Of a DNA stretch of 64,000 nt, positions 37,930 through 51,954 are shown piece after piece. The notes beneath the pieces were generated by a model. That model saw only the letters and a program-made list of their open reading frames with translations, had not been told where the DNA came from and did no database searches. Positions within the stretch are counted from its first letter, which is position 1. Each line of letters opens with the position of its first letter. Made by a program: the position numbers and the translations under genes. The stretch is from Atractiella rhizophila (Eukaryota): assembly GCA_021432655.1 (NCBI GenBank), contig MU271363.1:3757-67756 (forward strand), read 5' to 3'.

Positions 37930-40149
37930 GAGATAGGGCAGTTAGCAACAGGATGGCAGACGGAGCGGAAGTCACTTGCATCTCAGCGAGAATATAGGTG
38001 ACGCTCGAGTCAGGAGTGGGAGACAAGAGGGACAGAGGGCAGAGGCTTAGGAGCGTGAGAGAGGGGCTGACCTAGACATCCTCTTGTGGCCCATGATCCA
38101 ACACTGTCCCCATTGCACTCCTCTTTCTTCATCAGGTATTTCATTGTTGACCTTGATATCACGAAGCATGCGCCAGTGGAAGGTAATCAATCGAGTGCGA
38201 GCCGGAGTGGGATGGAAGACGCAGGATGAGGTGGGAGAGAGAATAAGATGGCGGCATGGAACACGGGAGAGGCATAGCAGGTGAGAGATGCGAGGGAATG
38301 CGATCAGAGGCGTGCGAAGAAGTGACACGCGTCCCTCCGACATCCATACCCTCACTGCTACCCGACATCCAACCTCGAGTCCACGTTCGACGTCCGACTT
38401 CCGAGCGCTCATGGCTTGGTGCAGCCTGTGAGGGGCAGTGGAGTGCGAAAGGACGTGGAGTGAGACGAGCAGAAAACGGAGTAATGGGCCTAGTGCGGAT
38501 GTCAGTTAGGACACTTGTGGCAAGGAAAGAGAGGGAGAAAGGAATACATTGCCAGCAGAAAGGAAAGTCCTAACCAGCTAGCGTGCGAAAAAGGCGAAGG
38601 GGTTGGGGGAATGCGAAATGAAAGGCGAACCTTGGCGCAGAGGCTAAGTGCAGCAAAGAGAGATGGCAGAGGTCGAAAAGGAGTAGAAGAGACGCCGGAA
38701 CGGTCCTTCTCACGACCTTCTGTGATCACCGACCGAATTCATCCCCTCTGTCCACCATTTTCAGCATTTGGGTTGATTTTAGATGACTATTTTGCCAGAG
38801 AAGGTGGAAGGGATTGGTGGAGGGGGGAATAGCCAATAGTGAAGGGCCAGAGAAGGGCGAGGCGGCGAAAGACGGCGGCCCGAGTGGGATGGGCGAATGG
38901 GTTGGCAGGCGCTTCTTTCTGACCTCTTTTCCGACCCCATCTGAGCCACAATCCACCTCCTTCGCCCCATCACACGCGTCCGTACTACGATTCGCGTTGA
39001 CGTGCAATATCTACTGTGAAGCAAGTTGCTTAGAGTCGAGGGACGGCTGAAGCGGGCTTGGGATGTTAGAGAGCGAGGTGCAACGAGAGGGCGACTGTGG
39101 GTGAGAGAAAGCATATCATGCCTCTTCGATGTCCAGGCACAATCCCCTACCCGCTGTGTCAGCTCCATCCTCTACTTTCACGATCCGACCTCCAACTCGA
39201 CCTGGCGTTCGTTTCGGAAGACAGAAACATTGCTGGACGAGCTGAGGATGATGGGTGTTGGCGGGTGTGTAGGGAGAGAGGAATGACGGAGCGAGAGAGG
39301 CGAGAGGTGTGGCAAGGGTTATGGGAAAGACGGATAGGTCGGATGGAGGTATTGAGACTTGTGCAGCGGGGCGGCGCTTCCTGCTTCCCTCGAACTGCCC
39401 TCTCGCTTCGTACCGGCAGTGAAGGTAAGTCCGGACGCTGGGAGGTCGAGCAGTGCTGAGGGGGGACGGGGTTGCAGGGAGGAGAGGGGCCATGGCGGAC
39501 TGGTTGACGGGGGAGAAACCTAATACCTATGTAAGTAAACGCAAAGGGAGAGGGAACGTGATGGTCACGTCTTCTCTCGTACTCTCTGCCCCTCCATCTC
39601 TGTCACACTTCGCCTTCCATTATGCAACATTCTGTTGGCAATGCATCTTATTCCCTCCATTCTTCGCGCTATTGTACTCGTCCATTCATCACTTGCGCAT
39701 ACTCCCGCTACCATCTCCCGTCCTTGTGCCTGCCTCCTCTCCCTGTTGAGCCAGCTCTGTCACCAGCTGTCCAAGTATTTCGGTTCGTGCCGACTCCATC
39801 ACCCGTAGTCTAGGAACGGTACATCTGCAAGCAAAGAGGGCGGTGGGGGATAGTGCGATGGAAGAGTACTGCAGAAGAGAGAGATGCTGGAGGGGATGAC
39901 GAAGGAGGCTAGAACAGAAGAGTGACACCAGAGTGAAGGAGACTAGCGAGACGCAAGCGAGGTGAGGCTTGGGACTGCATGAAAGAAACGGCTAGCTCAG
40001 AGCGAGAAAGAGGGAAGGGGCGGCGGAGATCGAGAGACAATGGAGGATGTTCGGAGACGGTGACTAGTGACTGCTTTGCGGCGGCGGAGAGAGATGAAAG
40101 GAGCTGGAGCAGTTAGGTCATTTCTGATGGCCGAGATTCGCTTCACGGG

Positions 40150-42655
40150 TCAAATTCGCGACGCGCCCCGTTCCCAATGATGCGCAAGCAAGGATCTCAC
40201 GAGACACCACTCTGTCTTCCTTTCTTTCCTATGTTCGACTTGCAAAAGAATGGATGCAGGATCCACGCAAGAACATCTGTGGTACCACTGTCGGTGCATG
40301 GGCTAGATCGCAGATGTCATTATCGAGATCCTACAGAATCGTCTAGAGTCACGAAACTGCAATAGTCGCTGCTGGTACGTCTCCACCTCTCCTCTCTCGT
40401 CTCGCTTGCTAAAGAAAATGAAACACAGTTTGACACAAAGTCATCCACTCAAGAAGGGAGATCGCGTCGCATTTGAGCCCGGAGAGAGACTCTTAGGACA
40501 TGTCATGACTGCAAGGCGGGAAGGTATGAGCTATGCCCTTCCATCAAGTTCGTCGTGACCCCGCCTTTCGTGAGTATTCCTCTTCCTTCTGTGGTACCTG
40601 TGTGGGTTCTAACTCATTGGATGGCAGGACGGAACTCTCCGCGGGTCTACAAGCTCCAAGGCGACCTGTACGATCTGTCCCTCCCCCGTCTACTCCTCTC
40701 TCCGATCGCTAACTTTGGCTTATCATGTCTGCAGTAGAAGCGCCTACACTTCCAGATGTGCTTTCGATTCCCTGATCGCAGGGATTATCTTGTAAAACAA
40801 CACCGACTGGACTGAACGTTTCCCTAGAAAGAAGGAGCGAGGGTCGAACAGCTCTCGTGGCCGTCCAAAGTGTGGCACGTATCGATGCATGAAAGCCGTG
40901 TTGAACGTCGCCATCTGCGGGCTCTTCTCCCCTCCCCCTACCTCTCTACCAGTAGAACAAAATAANNNNNNNNNNNNNNNNNNNNNNNNNCGCTAGAACG
41001 ATAATCGCCGTCGAGATTCAAGAGTGGTAGGATCACTTTGGCGAACAAAGGGGCGTGGGATCGAAGTTCATGCCTCCCAGACGTGCGTCCAACTCTAACG
41101 TCTCGTATGCATGACTTGTCTCATGTTTCCGTTTCTTTTTGACCGTCGTGTTTTGCGTTTGTGGTTTCGCGAAGGAGGGATAGCAGAGGATAGCGTACTC
41201 GAGGACGACGGAGAGGATCATGAAGAGGAGTTCAAGGTTGCATACTACGGATTGGAGGGTATCGACCTCCCTGTAGACATCACGGGAGGTGTGGACCAGG
41301 AGAATGGTGTCTCGTTCCCCGTTCCAACCTCGACATCCCAGCACAACATTGTGTGAGCCGGGAGTAGGCGCTCGTGTGTCTTAGGCGGTATGTTACCGCT
41401 CCTTCATGTGCCATGTATATATGGCAGAGTGTTGAGGTCAGTTTCGAGGAGACCGTATCTACCTCGAGCACGGAGAGTCATGTAGGATATGCTACGAATC
41501 CAATGCGGGAAGGTGCGAGCTCTGTCCCTTCATCGAATTCCCCGCTACTTTTCTTTCCGTGAACTTTCCCTCTTCCTTCTCTCTCCTTTTCGTGGTACGC
41601 AACTTCGTGCTGACTTGATTGGTTGGCAGGGCGCTAGCTGCGAGACTACAGACTATGCAAGACTTGTACATTATTTTACAATACCCCTCCGCTCTCCAAA
41701 CGCTGACTTATCTGGTCCGTGATGACAGAGCCTACAGATTTCCCGATGTACGTTCCAGGTCCCCTACTCTCGTCGAATATGTCGTATAACGGACTGCTGG
41801 TGTGATAACAGAACGTCTCCGTAGATGAAGGGTTCCATGATCGAACCGCTCTCCGTGATCCTTCAAAGCCTAACACGTATCGGAGGATGAAAGCAAAGTT
41901 GAAGGTTGAACCTTACCTTTGTCGGGTTTATCTCCCTCCCTTCTCTTATACCCTTCCAATAAAAACGCAATACGCGCCAATTTGTGTTGTGAACAGCCGA
42001 TCCAAGAGTGCTACTCGCACAGGCAGTCACGAAACCGTTAGGTAGTTGAAGGATAAAGTTGTCGATATTTAGGAGCGTAGGCTAGCTTTCGCAAACAAGT
42101 ACGTGGGGTTGGAGACTTTCGTTCCTCCCAAACGTGTGTCGACCTCTAACCTCTCTCATGCGCGTCCTGTCTGACGTTTCCGTTCCGAGAACAGGCGTGC
42201 ATTCAGACCGTCTAACTTGTCAAGGATGGCAGAACGTGCGTCTAAGTGGGAATGGGCACCGAGTTCGTTCCAGGCGCCCGTCACTGCCATCCTCACGAAA
42301 GAGGTGACCCTCAAGGTTCTTTCAGTTCAGTCCTCCCTCCTACGTTTTGCACTATAATGTTGTTCTGACGCTTCGTAGTTATTGATTTGCTCGATGAATA
42401 CAGAGCGAGTGTTATGAGTAAGCAAATGATTTGTTCGCTAGCGGCCCTCGTAGACTGCTGAGCCGCTCATCACACATCGCCTCAAGTTCAGGGATGCAAT
42501 TCGCATCTTTAAGACAATAAAGACTTGCCAACTCTCTTCTCTGCTGCCTTGATGTCACAAAGTTGAAACCTAGTGATGATAGTTCGCCCTAGGACGTGAA
42601 GAGAGGGGATGAGGAGGACGCGATAAAGACCACCGACGGATACGACGACAATTGA
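40150..42655 (+). pseudogene. Polyol dehydrogenase pseudogene, two partial copies (about 40150-41290 and 41480-42655)
   Basis: GDRVAFEPGE, CHDCKAGRYELCPSIKF, IIAVEIQE, GLEGIDLPVDITG; then a restart at the Cys-cluster exon, running through PLITHRLKFRDAIR to DGYDDN*. Confidence 0.8.
40966..40990. other. Assembly gap (25 N)
   Basis: Run of N. Confidence 1.
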
Positions 42656-43399
42656 GCCTTGCAGCTACGTGAATGCAACTCTCGGGACTATTAAGGAATT
42701 GAAGGAACACAAAGTACTACACAAAGGGTGGAATGGTACCATTATTATACCACAGCTTCGATCTTCAATGGCAGCAGCTCATTCTGTTCTCTTGATTAGT
42801 CCATCATCGAATGCACGAGTTGTCAACCGTAAGAACAACTCAGGCGAGACTCAAAATGTGAAGGGCTTTTTTACGTTGTGGCACATTTTGGACGGAACTT
42901 GATATCTTCGGCGCTTAAACAGGGAATCAGTAAAATTGTTTGCATGAGAAAAGACATCCGTAATACACACAGCTAGCGTCCTCCTCACAAACCCGGTCTC
43001 CCATGCCCTGAAGCTTCCTCAAGGAAATGAAATAATCATCAACAGCAATTCTACTTCTTCCCATCCATCATGAACCCACACATAAACACTGGGGGACTGA
43101 CTCACTCCATGCGGTACGAAATAGCTATGACCTTTACCTCATTCTGTTCTAATAGTGCGTAAGGACAGACTCGGTGCAGACCGGGTTGTAAGATTGCTGA
43201 TAACCATCGAGCACGAGGGAGGTGACCTTTATGAGGTGCAGTATGGGGAACGGATGGAGGGATGGCATTGTCCCGAACGAAGTCCAGCGCTGTTCCTGTC
43301 ACCCATTTCAATGCTGTGTTCGATGGAGAGGGATTCGAACCACGCACCTTCTTCTTGTATCTTCTCTGGAACACGAGTGAAATCTGAGTATCTCCAACA

Positions 43400-45228
43400 T
43401 CACTCCTCCCCACCCTCCCTAACCCATATGTATTCATTCTCGTTGCTCACACCAAACTCTTTCAGTGTGCTCCTAGCCTTGCATATCTCTTCCTCAAGCC
43501 ACGCTCCAAAGAATAGCTGAACCCTCAACCAGCGTCCTCTTGTCTTCACCTTTTCAGCTCCATCCACCATCTCTTCCTCCTCCTTCACCCCCCCGTCCCC
43601 AAAGAACCAGCAGATGAAATCTGAGAATACGAACCCTGTGAATTCCCAGTCCACCATACAGTACCGAACATCTATGATGGTTATTGCTTTTGCATTTGTG
43701 AGGGTGTGGAAGAACTGGGGGGAAACGAGGTTGGTAGTTTCCTCACCACCGTCGAGGTAGAGTTCGGTGAGATGTTGGAGATGTGAAAGATCGAGTGGAC
43801 TGGGTAGGATGGAGGTCGTTCCAGCAGGCGAGTAGGGGGCGAGTGTGATATCGAGATTTGCTAGAAGAGGCGGCAGACAGGAGCCTGAGACGGAGGGAGG
43901 GAGGGGACACAGATTGGAGAGGCGCAAATCTGTGAGGGAGAGTGGGAGGGAGAGCGATTGGAGAGGCGGGTATGCATGAAGCTCTAGTTCTTCGAGGTCC
44001 GATGATAATTGAAGGCCTGGTGATGTCGACAAGGCAGAGTCCTCCACATCGTAAGCACGAAAGATTCTGATCCTGTCACCCATCCTCCGCACAAAATTCT
44101 CAACCTCATCCTTCTTCCACTTTCTCAAACTTCGCCCTCCAAAGGCTACAGAATCCAACTTCACCAAGCCTTTAATCGCATGCAACACAATCGCCGCCTC
44201 CTCTTCATTCCAAATTGCGTCCATCTCCACCCCCGTAACATTCGGCGAGCCTGCAATGACGTCTTTCACCATCTCAACGCTGATGTCATCGTCAAGCCCA
44301 CTCACAAACCAGAATTTTGTCCACAAACGCCCGGCATTAGGATAAGCTGTCAAACGAGCATGCCTCTCCTTCATAGATATAACATCATCCAAATATTGGA
44401 CTGAAACAGCCTTCCAGAGCTGACAGACAGCAGAAAGTCGCTCGAAGTCAACGAGATATGCAGTACCTTGAATGGAGAGCTCCTCATATTTATGGGATGA
44501 AAGAAACTCGAAGATGAGTGAGAGGATCTCAGGAGGAAGGTGCATGATACTGCATGGACTAATACCTGTAGGTTGAGTTGTGGAGAGGGAGAGTTGGATG
44601 GTTGTCCCCAGACCGGTGGATGGGATGGTTGATTCCTCCCATTCGCTGAGAGGAATGAAACGCAGTTGCTCCTTGGAGTATAGGGCAACGGGTTCAAAGA
44701 GGACCTGAGAGCGATTATCAGGAAGATGAAACGTGCATGTGAAGGGCTTCAGGTCCAGGTCATCCATATCCACGTATGCAAGATATTTGGCATCCCCAAA
44801 AGTCACCGCAATACTTTCCTCCCCCAACGCCATGCAAAGAATCCCTGTACCCTCAGGTTCGACTTCATTTTCGAGACCTGCCAGAGAGAAGTAGGATGAT
44901 TTCGATGGCCCATAAATCTCGCTCCAGAATTCAAGAGGCAAGACAAATGTGATCCGGAGCATGTGAGTTGATGCAGGTAGGCGAGAAAGGAAAGAGGGAA
45001 GAATGGATAGATGTAGCAGACTGCCATGTCGTAGGGTTACTGCGGTGATGAGATGGACCTGTGCGATTGACTCTGTTCCATGATCATTCTCCTGTGAAGT
45101 CAATGTTCTTCTTTTTTTCATTCTGGGAGATAACATGCTGGACTAAAGACCACGAATTCACGTTAAACGGACAAAGAAGGGAAAAGAGCGTCTCATGCCT
45201 GCAGCGCATCCGCCAGTTGTCCAACCAT
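43400..45228 (-). CDS. F-box/LRR-like protein, copy 7. Intron 45143-45198, exon 1 45199-45228 (further in-frame ATG at 45258)
   Basis: 578-aa ORF with the F-box IMHLPPEILSLIFEFL...LSAVCQLWKAV and LRR-like repeats. Confidence 0.9.
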
Positions 45229-45381
45229 GTCGACGTTCTCCGCGCAATGATCAGACATCACGATCGTGAGGATGGAGATCGCAAAACTGTTCGTGGGAGC
45301 CGGTGGATTAGGCGACCGTTGCAATTAAGACAGATTATGATGGTGTTCGGTGGAAGAAAGTTTGCGTCCGGACGTTGAAGG

Positions 45382-47459
45382 TTCCTAGACTACGGGTGAT
45401 GGAGGTGCTACGAACCGAAATACTTGGACAGCTGGTGACAGAGCACGCTCGACAGGGTGGCGACGCACAGGGAGGGTAGACGGTAGTGGGGGTGTGCGCA
45501 AGTGATGAATGGACATGTACAATCAGTGCGAAGAAGGGAGGGAATAAGATGCATTGCCAACAGAATGTTGCATAATGGAAGGCGAAGTGTGACAGAGATG
45601 GAGGGGCAGAGAAGTATGAGAGAAGAGGTACCGTCCCGTTCCCTCTCCCTCTTTTGCATTTGCGTTTACTGACATAGGTATTAGATTCCTCCCCCCGTCA
45701 CCGTGTCCACCATCGTCCTCGACCCTCTGCAACCCCGTCCCGCCTCAGCACTGCTCGTCCCTTCCAGCGTCTTGACTTGCCTTCACCGCTGGGCTACGAA
45801 GCGAGAGGGCAGTTAAAGAAGCAGTAAACGCCATCCGGCACCACTCTCTCTACCTCCATCCGACCTATCCCACTTTCCCATAATCCTTGCCACACCTCTC
45901 GCCTCTCTCGCTCCATCATCGCTCTCTCCCTACACCCCCGCCGACATCCATCATCCTCCGCTACTCCAGCAACATTTCTGTCCTCCACGAACGCAAGACC
46001 GAGTTGGAGGTCGGATCGCGAAAGTAGAGGAAGGAGCTGACACATCGGGTCGGGGATCGATCCTGGGCATCGGAAAGAGGCATGTTATGCTTTCTCTCAT
46101 CCGCAGTTGCCCTCTCGTTTCGACTCGCTCTCTAACATACCAAACCCGCTTCAGCCGTCCCCCTCGACTCTAGGACCTTGCTTCACCCTAGATATCGGTA
46201 GTCAACCGCGAAGCGTTGTAGGGGTGCGTGATGGCGAAGGAGGTGGACTGTGGCTCAGATGGGGTCGGAAAGGAGGTCAGAAAGAAGTCCCTGCCAACCC
46301 ATTCGCACATCCTGCTCGTGCCACCGTCTTTCGCCGCCTCGCCCTTCTCTGGCCCTTCACTATTGGCTATTGCCCCTCCACCAATCCCTTCCACCTTCCC
46401 TCGCAATATAGGCACTAAAATCAACCCAAATGCTGAAAATGGTGGACAGAGGGGATGAAGTCGGTCGGTGATCACAGAAGGACGTGAGAAGGACCGTCCT
46501 GGCGTTTCTTCTACTCCTTTTCGACCTCTGCCATCTCTCTTTGCTGCACTTACCCTCTGCGCCAAGGTTCGCCTTTCATTTCACATGTCGCCAACCCCTC
46601 TGCTTTTTTTCGCATGCTAGGTTCGTTGGGACTTTCCTTTCTGCTGGCAGGATATTCCCTTTCTCCCTCTCTTTCCTTCCCACAAGGGTCCTAACTGACA
46701 TGCAGACTAGATCCTTCACTGCCCCCTTTTCTGATAGTCTCACTCCACGTCCTTTCGCACTCCACTGCCCCTCCCGGGCTGCATCAAGCGTGAGCGCTCG
46801 GAAGTCAGACGTAGAATGTGGACTTGAGGTTGAATGTCGAATAGCAGGGAGGGCAGATGTGACAAGGGGATGTCAGATGGCCGCGTCGCACTTTCTTCAC
46901 ACTTCTGTTCGGACTCCCTCGCCATCTCTCGCCATCCTATGCCTGTCCTGTGTTCCATGACGCCGTCCTATTCTCTCCTCGACCTCATCCTCTTCCACAC
47001 TGTCCCACACTCCGTTGGTCACCTTCGACCGACGCTTGCTTCGTGACATCGAGGTCGACGATGTAACGGCTCATCGAGAAAGAGGGTCGCAAGAAGGACT
47101 GTTTAGTCAAGGACCACAACAAACAGTCTGCGTTGGCCCAGCTCTCGGGCCCCTAAACCTCTGCCTTCCCTCCTGACTCGAGCATCACCGATGTTCTCGC
47201 TGAGATGCAAGCGAGCTCCCCTACCACCTCCGCCAGCCTGATTGCCGACTGCCGACCATTGTTCTCCCAGGCTTATGTAGCCTTCCTCTTGCATTCAGAT
47301 CATTAGGGAACGAAGCATCATTATCAGAGCGTACTGCTCTAGCTCTCGTTTGAATTGCAGTGTAATTTAGGTACTAGTATTGTAAAGGATTTCAGTTCTT
47401 TTACATATTTTAGGATTTTCTGTGGCACTATCTGGTAGTCAAGTGCCAGAGAACTAAAG
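45382..47459 (-). other. ~2.08-kb inversion of the upstream block and spacer of copy 7
   Basis: The segment is the reverse complement of the unit sequence seen at about 37736-39815. Breakpoints are GACGTTGAAGG|TTCCTAGAC and GAACTAAAG|ACGGTACATC. Confidence 0.92.
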
Positions 47460-47845
47460 ACGGTACATCTGCAACAGAGGACGGTGGAGGATAGCTGAGG
47501 TGACTCGGACAGAGGAGTGTGGAGGAGAGAGGAGCCGGAGGGGATGCCGAAGGAGGCTGGGACAGGAGAGGGACACAGCACTATCCACAGCGAAGGAGAC
47601 CAACGAGACGCCAGAGATATGAGGATGTGAGCATGGGGCTGCATGAAAGAAACGGCTAGCTCAGAGCGAGCAAGCGGGAAGGGCAGCGGACTCGGAGATC
47701 GAGAGACGATGGAGGACGTTCGGAGACGGGGGAGCAGGGACCGCTTGCGGAGGCGGAGGAGATGAAAGGAACCTGGAAAGGAACTGCCAGCCAAGTGGCA
47801 GCGTTAGTTTCGGATGACTAACCGACAACCCTTTCGCTTTCACAG

Positions 47846-49544
47846 ATCAAATTCGGGACGCGCCGAGTTCCCAACGCACAAGACGCACCAGTAGCCTGTC
47901 TTCCTTTCTTCGGATGTCCAACTTGCAACTAATTAAAGGATGAATGCAGGATCCACGCAAGCGCCTGCGTGGTTGCGACCTCCGCTAATGGCAAGATAGC
48001 AGGTGTCATGGTCAAAGATCCCGTCGTCTTGGGTCACGAACTGCCAGCGTAGTCGTTCCTGGTATGTCTCCATTGCTAAAGAAAATGAACATAGTTTGAT
48101 CCAAAGCCACGCACCGCAAGAAGAGACGTCGCGTCGCACTTGAGCCCCAGAGAGGCTCATAGGACATGTTATGACTGCAAGGCGGGAAGGTATGAGCTAT
48201 GCCCTTCCATCGAGTTCGCCACTACCCTCTTTTCGTGAGTTTTCCCCTTCCCTCTGTCCCCTCTGTGGTACATGTTTGGGGTGCTAACTGCATTGTATGG
48301 CAGGACAGAAACTCTCCAAGGGTTCTACAAGCTCCTTGGCGACCTGTACGACTGCTCCGTCTCGTCTACTCCTCTCTCCGATCGCTCACTTATCATGTCT
48401 ATGCTGGAAGCGCTTACAAACATCAGGAAGTGCGTTCCATTCCCTCTGCTCCATGGAATATCTTGTATAACGAAACTGACTGGATAGAACGTTCCTGTAG
48501 AAGAAGAGTGATGGTCCAACCGCTCTCGGTGGCCATTCAAAGCGTGGCACGCATCAGTGGATGAAGCTGGGTAGAACGTTCCCATCTGTCGGTTCGTCTC
48601 CCTCCCACTTCTCCTCCTATGTCTGTTGAATAAAGAATAATAATGTAGTTGCGAAGAGCTGGTCCTGCTGGACTCTTCGCAAACTCAGCCGCGAGACGCT
48701 AGAAAGACAATCGCCATTGATTCCATTGACATGCAAGAGCGTAAGCTGGCTTTCGCAAACAAGTATGTGGTGTTGGAGGAATCGTTCCTCCTAACGTGCG
48801 TTTAATTCTCTCTTCTGCGTGTTCTGTTTTACCTTTCTTGTTTTCATGTAGCCGGTTCGTGATCGTGGTTTAGCGGAGGCGGAGAGTAGAGGATGGGCTG
48901 TTGGAGGAGGTTCGCCGTGATCACGAACGAGGAGTTCAGGGTTGCAGACAGGGGATTGGATGGTATAGACCTAGACATAGACTGCATTGGACTGAGGTTC
49001 GTTTCTCCTTCAGTCCCATTCTGCACTCTTGGATATTGGTGAACTAAAATACTAAAATACTGATGGACGAATGAGACCAGGCGTGCATCCAGAGCGCCTT
49101 TATCTATCAAGGACAGCAGAATGTACGTCCTAGTCGGAATGGGCAACGAGTTCGTCCAACTTCCATCACATCCATCCTCGTCAAGGAAGTGACCGTCAAG
49201 GGCTCCTTTCCGTCCCTTCTCCCTCTACCGCCGGCACCATAACATTGTTCTGACACTTTCTGATTGGTTGCTGATTTGCGCGATAGATACGGACTAGACG
49301 TATACGAGCAAGCAAACGATTTGGTCACCAGAGCCCTTGTAGACTCGAAGCTGCTCGTCACTCATAGACACCACTTCAAACGTGCAATTCATGCCCTCGA
49401 GACCACTTGGGTTTGTCTCTTCCCTTTTCGCTGCAAGTGTGATATCGTGAAGGTGACATTGAGTGATGGTCCATCGTTCCAGGAGGCGACAGGAGAGGAT
49501 GGAGGGGACTCAAGACCATCATCGATTGATACGACGAAGATTGA
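47846..49544 (+). pseudogene. Polyol dehydrogenase pseudogene, near full length
   Basis: VKDPVVLGHE, RVALEP, CYDCKAGRYELCPSIEFATTP, TLQGFYKLLGDL, GPAGL, GLDGIDLDIDCIG, VGMGNEFVQLP, ILVKEVTVKGSF. Confidence 0.85.
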
Positions 49545-50367
49545 GGGTCGCAGCTTTGCCAATGATACTCATGGGACAACGGTTAAGGCATTGAAGGAAC
49601 AACAAGGGTGGGATTTGTACTATCAGAAAGGGCTCAATGAATGGTGCACATTGTTATACCACATCTTCGATCTTCATCCTTCTGTTCTCTCTTAAGTCGC
49701 CCATGGTCGAGTGCAAAGTTGCGTCAACCGTAAGAACTCAAGCAAAGCTCAGATGGTGAATAGGCCTCTTTACATTGTGGCACTTTGGACGGAACTGAAT
49801 GTCTTAGGCGCTTTTACTGGGAATCAGCAAAATTGTTTGTATGAGAGAAGACATCCGTAATACACAAAGAGCCTCCTCCGCACCGACCCGATCCCCTCAT
49901 GCGCTAAAGCTTCCTCAAGGAATGAAATAATAATCATCAGCAAGTGTACTCCTTCCCATCCATCGTCGTCGTTGTCCGTATCCCTCATTTCCTGATTCCC
50001 CAAAAAGCAGCAGATGAACACTGGGAAACCGACTCCCTCCACGCAGTACGACATAGCTACGCCTTTAATCGCATCGGATGTCAACAGTGTGCACAGAAAG
50101 ACTGGTACGAATTAGGCCTGAAGATTCGTCACAATCGGTCAGGACAAGGGACGCCAGCTTGGTTGAGTGTTTGGCAAGTTGAACGGATAAGGGAATCGTC
50201 CCTAACGTGGGCTGTGCGGCGTGAACGCCACAGCCTGGCTCCGCTATCAACTCCTGCCTATCCCTAGTCACTCATTTTCAATGCTGCGTTAGAGCCTGTA
50301 GTGTTATGAACATCGCATCTTCTCTCTCGTGTGTCCTTTAGAACACAAGTGGGAAATATGTGCATCC

Positions 50368-50577
50368 TCAGTGTCGCTCCTCTCCACCCTCCCGAATCCA
50401 TATCCAGTAATCCCCCTCGATAACCCCAAACTCTCTCAACATGCTTCTGGCTGTACATATCGCTTCCTCAAGCCACCCTCCAAAGAATAGCTGAACCCTC
50501 AAATGGCGTCCTCTTGTGCTCTTCACCTTTGCAGCCCCATCCACCGTATCCACCTCCTCCTTCACCGCCCTGTCCCC
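50368..50577 (-). pseudogene. F-box/LRR-like gene, 3' fragment (copy 8; last ~70 codons)
   Basis: GDRAVKEEVDTVDGAAKVKSTRGRHLRVQLFFGGWLEEAICTARSMLREFGVIEGDYWIWIREGGEERH* is closest to copy 3. It is fused at ~50578 to an unrelated spacer segment also seen near 5520 and 25720. Confidence 0.85.
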
Positions 50578-50979
50578 CTCTTCAATCCTCAGTACCACCC
50601 ACATAGGAGAGAACGAATACGGCAGTGTAGCAACACCGACGTTTACACTCCCTCCTCGTCCGCAGCCGTTTTCTATCCCTCCATCACCCTTACCAGAGCC
50701 CAAATCAACAAGTACAGCTGCAGACAGACTCCCCTCGATTCTTGAATTGCTCAGTCCAGTGGTGGTGCGTTGAATAGTAGGTTCTCTGTTTTTTCGCTGC
50801 GATAACGAATGAAGGTGGGTTTGACTTCAGATATAAGAACGAGGAGGAAGCGAAGGAGGAAACTGTGAGGAAGGATGGGGATTGTGTAGGAAGTTGCGGT
50901 CAATTCCCACTGGAAATCTCGACAGCATCTTCTTCCTTCTCCATGGTTGCTAAAATGTGGAGGGAAGTCAAGCCGCATC

Positions 50980-51686
50980 GGAGACATTCGTTCCTCGCAA
51001 ACATGCGTTCCTGTCCGATTCGTGTTCTGTCTTATGTTTCTGTTTCTTGCATGTGGCATTTTGATGTTGATGCTTTAGTGAAGAAGGAAGAGTGGTTGAT
51101 CCGTATCAGATAGCGGTCACAGGGATCAGGAAGGAAAAGCTCAAGATGGCAGATAGGGGATTGCATGGTATCGACCTCGCCGTAGACTGCACTGGAGCTA
51201 AGGTCCGTTTCTCCTTGCTTCCCACCCTGCACTTTGGATACCGGTGTATGGATAACTGATAGATGGACGGGAACATGTGCGAATCCAGACTGCTCTCTCG
51301 TTTCATTAAGGACGACAGAACATTTACATCTCCACAGAGTCCTCCCCATCACAGCCATCCTCACAAAGAAGTAGCCGTCAAAGTTCATATCTACTTAGCT
51401 GAAAAATTGAACACAGTGAGGCCCAAATTCAGGCAGCTCAACCAAGGTGACCGCGTCGCCCTCCAGCCCAAACAGACATGTAGGATGGAAGGCGGGCAGG
51501 TATAAGCTGTGCCATCCATCGAGTTCGCCGCTACCTTCCTTTCGTGAGTTCTTCTCTCCTTCCCCTAAGTCAGCAAGGGCAATGAGTTCGTCCAGATGCC
51601 CGTCGCTGCTATCCTCATGGAGGGGACAATCAACGGTTCTTTCCGATCCGTCCGCCCTCCTACCGCTTCCACTAAAACGTTGTTTT
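50980..51686 (+). pseudogene. Polyol dehydrogenase pseudogene fragments, interrupted by the Copia element and continuing at 56393
   Basis: GIDLAVDCTGA, GDRVALQPKQTC, GRYKLC and NEFVQMPVAAILM. It is an internally deleted sister of 26110-27998. Confidence 0.8.
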
Positions 51687-51954
51687 TGTTGGATTATGAC
51701 CTTTCACAGGGCTTTCCCAGCTGGTGGTTGTTGGGCTCTTCACTTCGTTCTAGTTATGTCTTACATCTCATATCCTCCCACACTTAGCCAACGCCATCCG
51801 CTCATATATACCTCCTCTTTGTTCACTGGATTCCCCATCGTCTTCCACCATCGTGAACGATTGGGGAATCCAGGTCTGTCTCCTCCTACATAGTGTTTTG
51901 CATTGCTGATCGTCTTCCACCATCGTGAACGATTGGGGAATCCAGATTCTATCA
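51687..51954 (+). repeat. 5' LTR, 268 bp
   Basis: Direct repeat of 56125-56392; followed immediately by the PBS. Confidence 0.95.

Noticed and set aside
45382..47459. Programmed invertible promoter switch
   Set aside because: There are no flanking inverted repeats and no recombinase gene, so a single accidental inversion is simpler.
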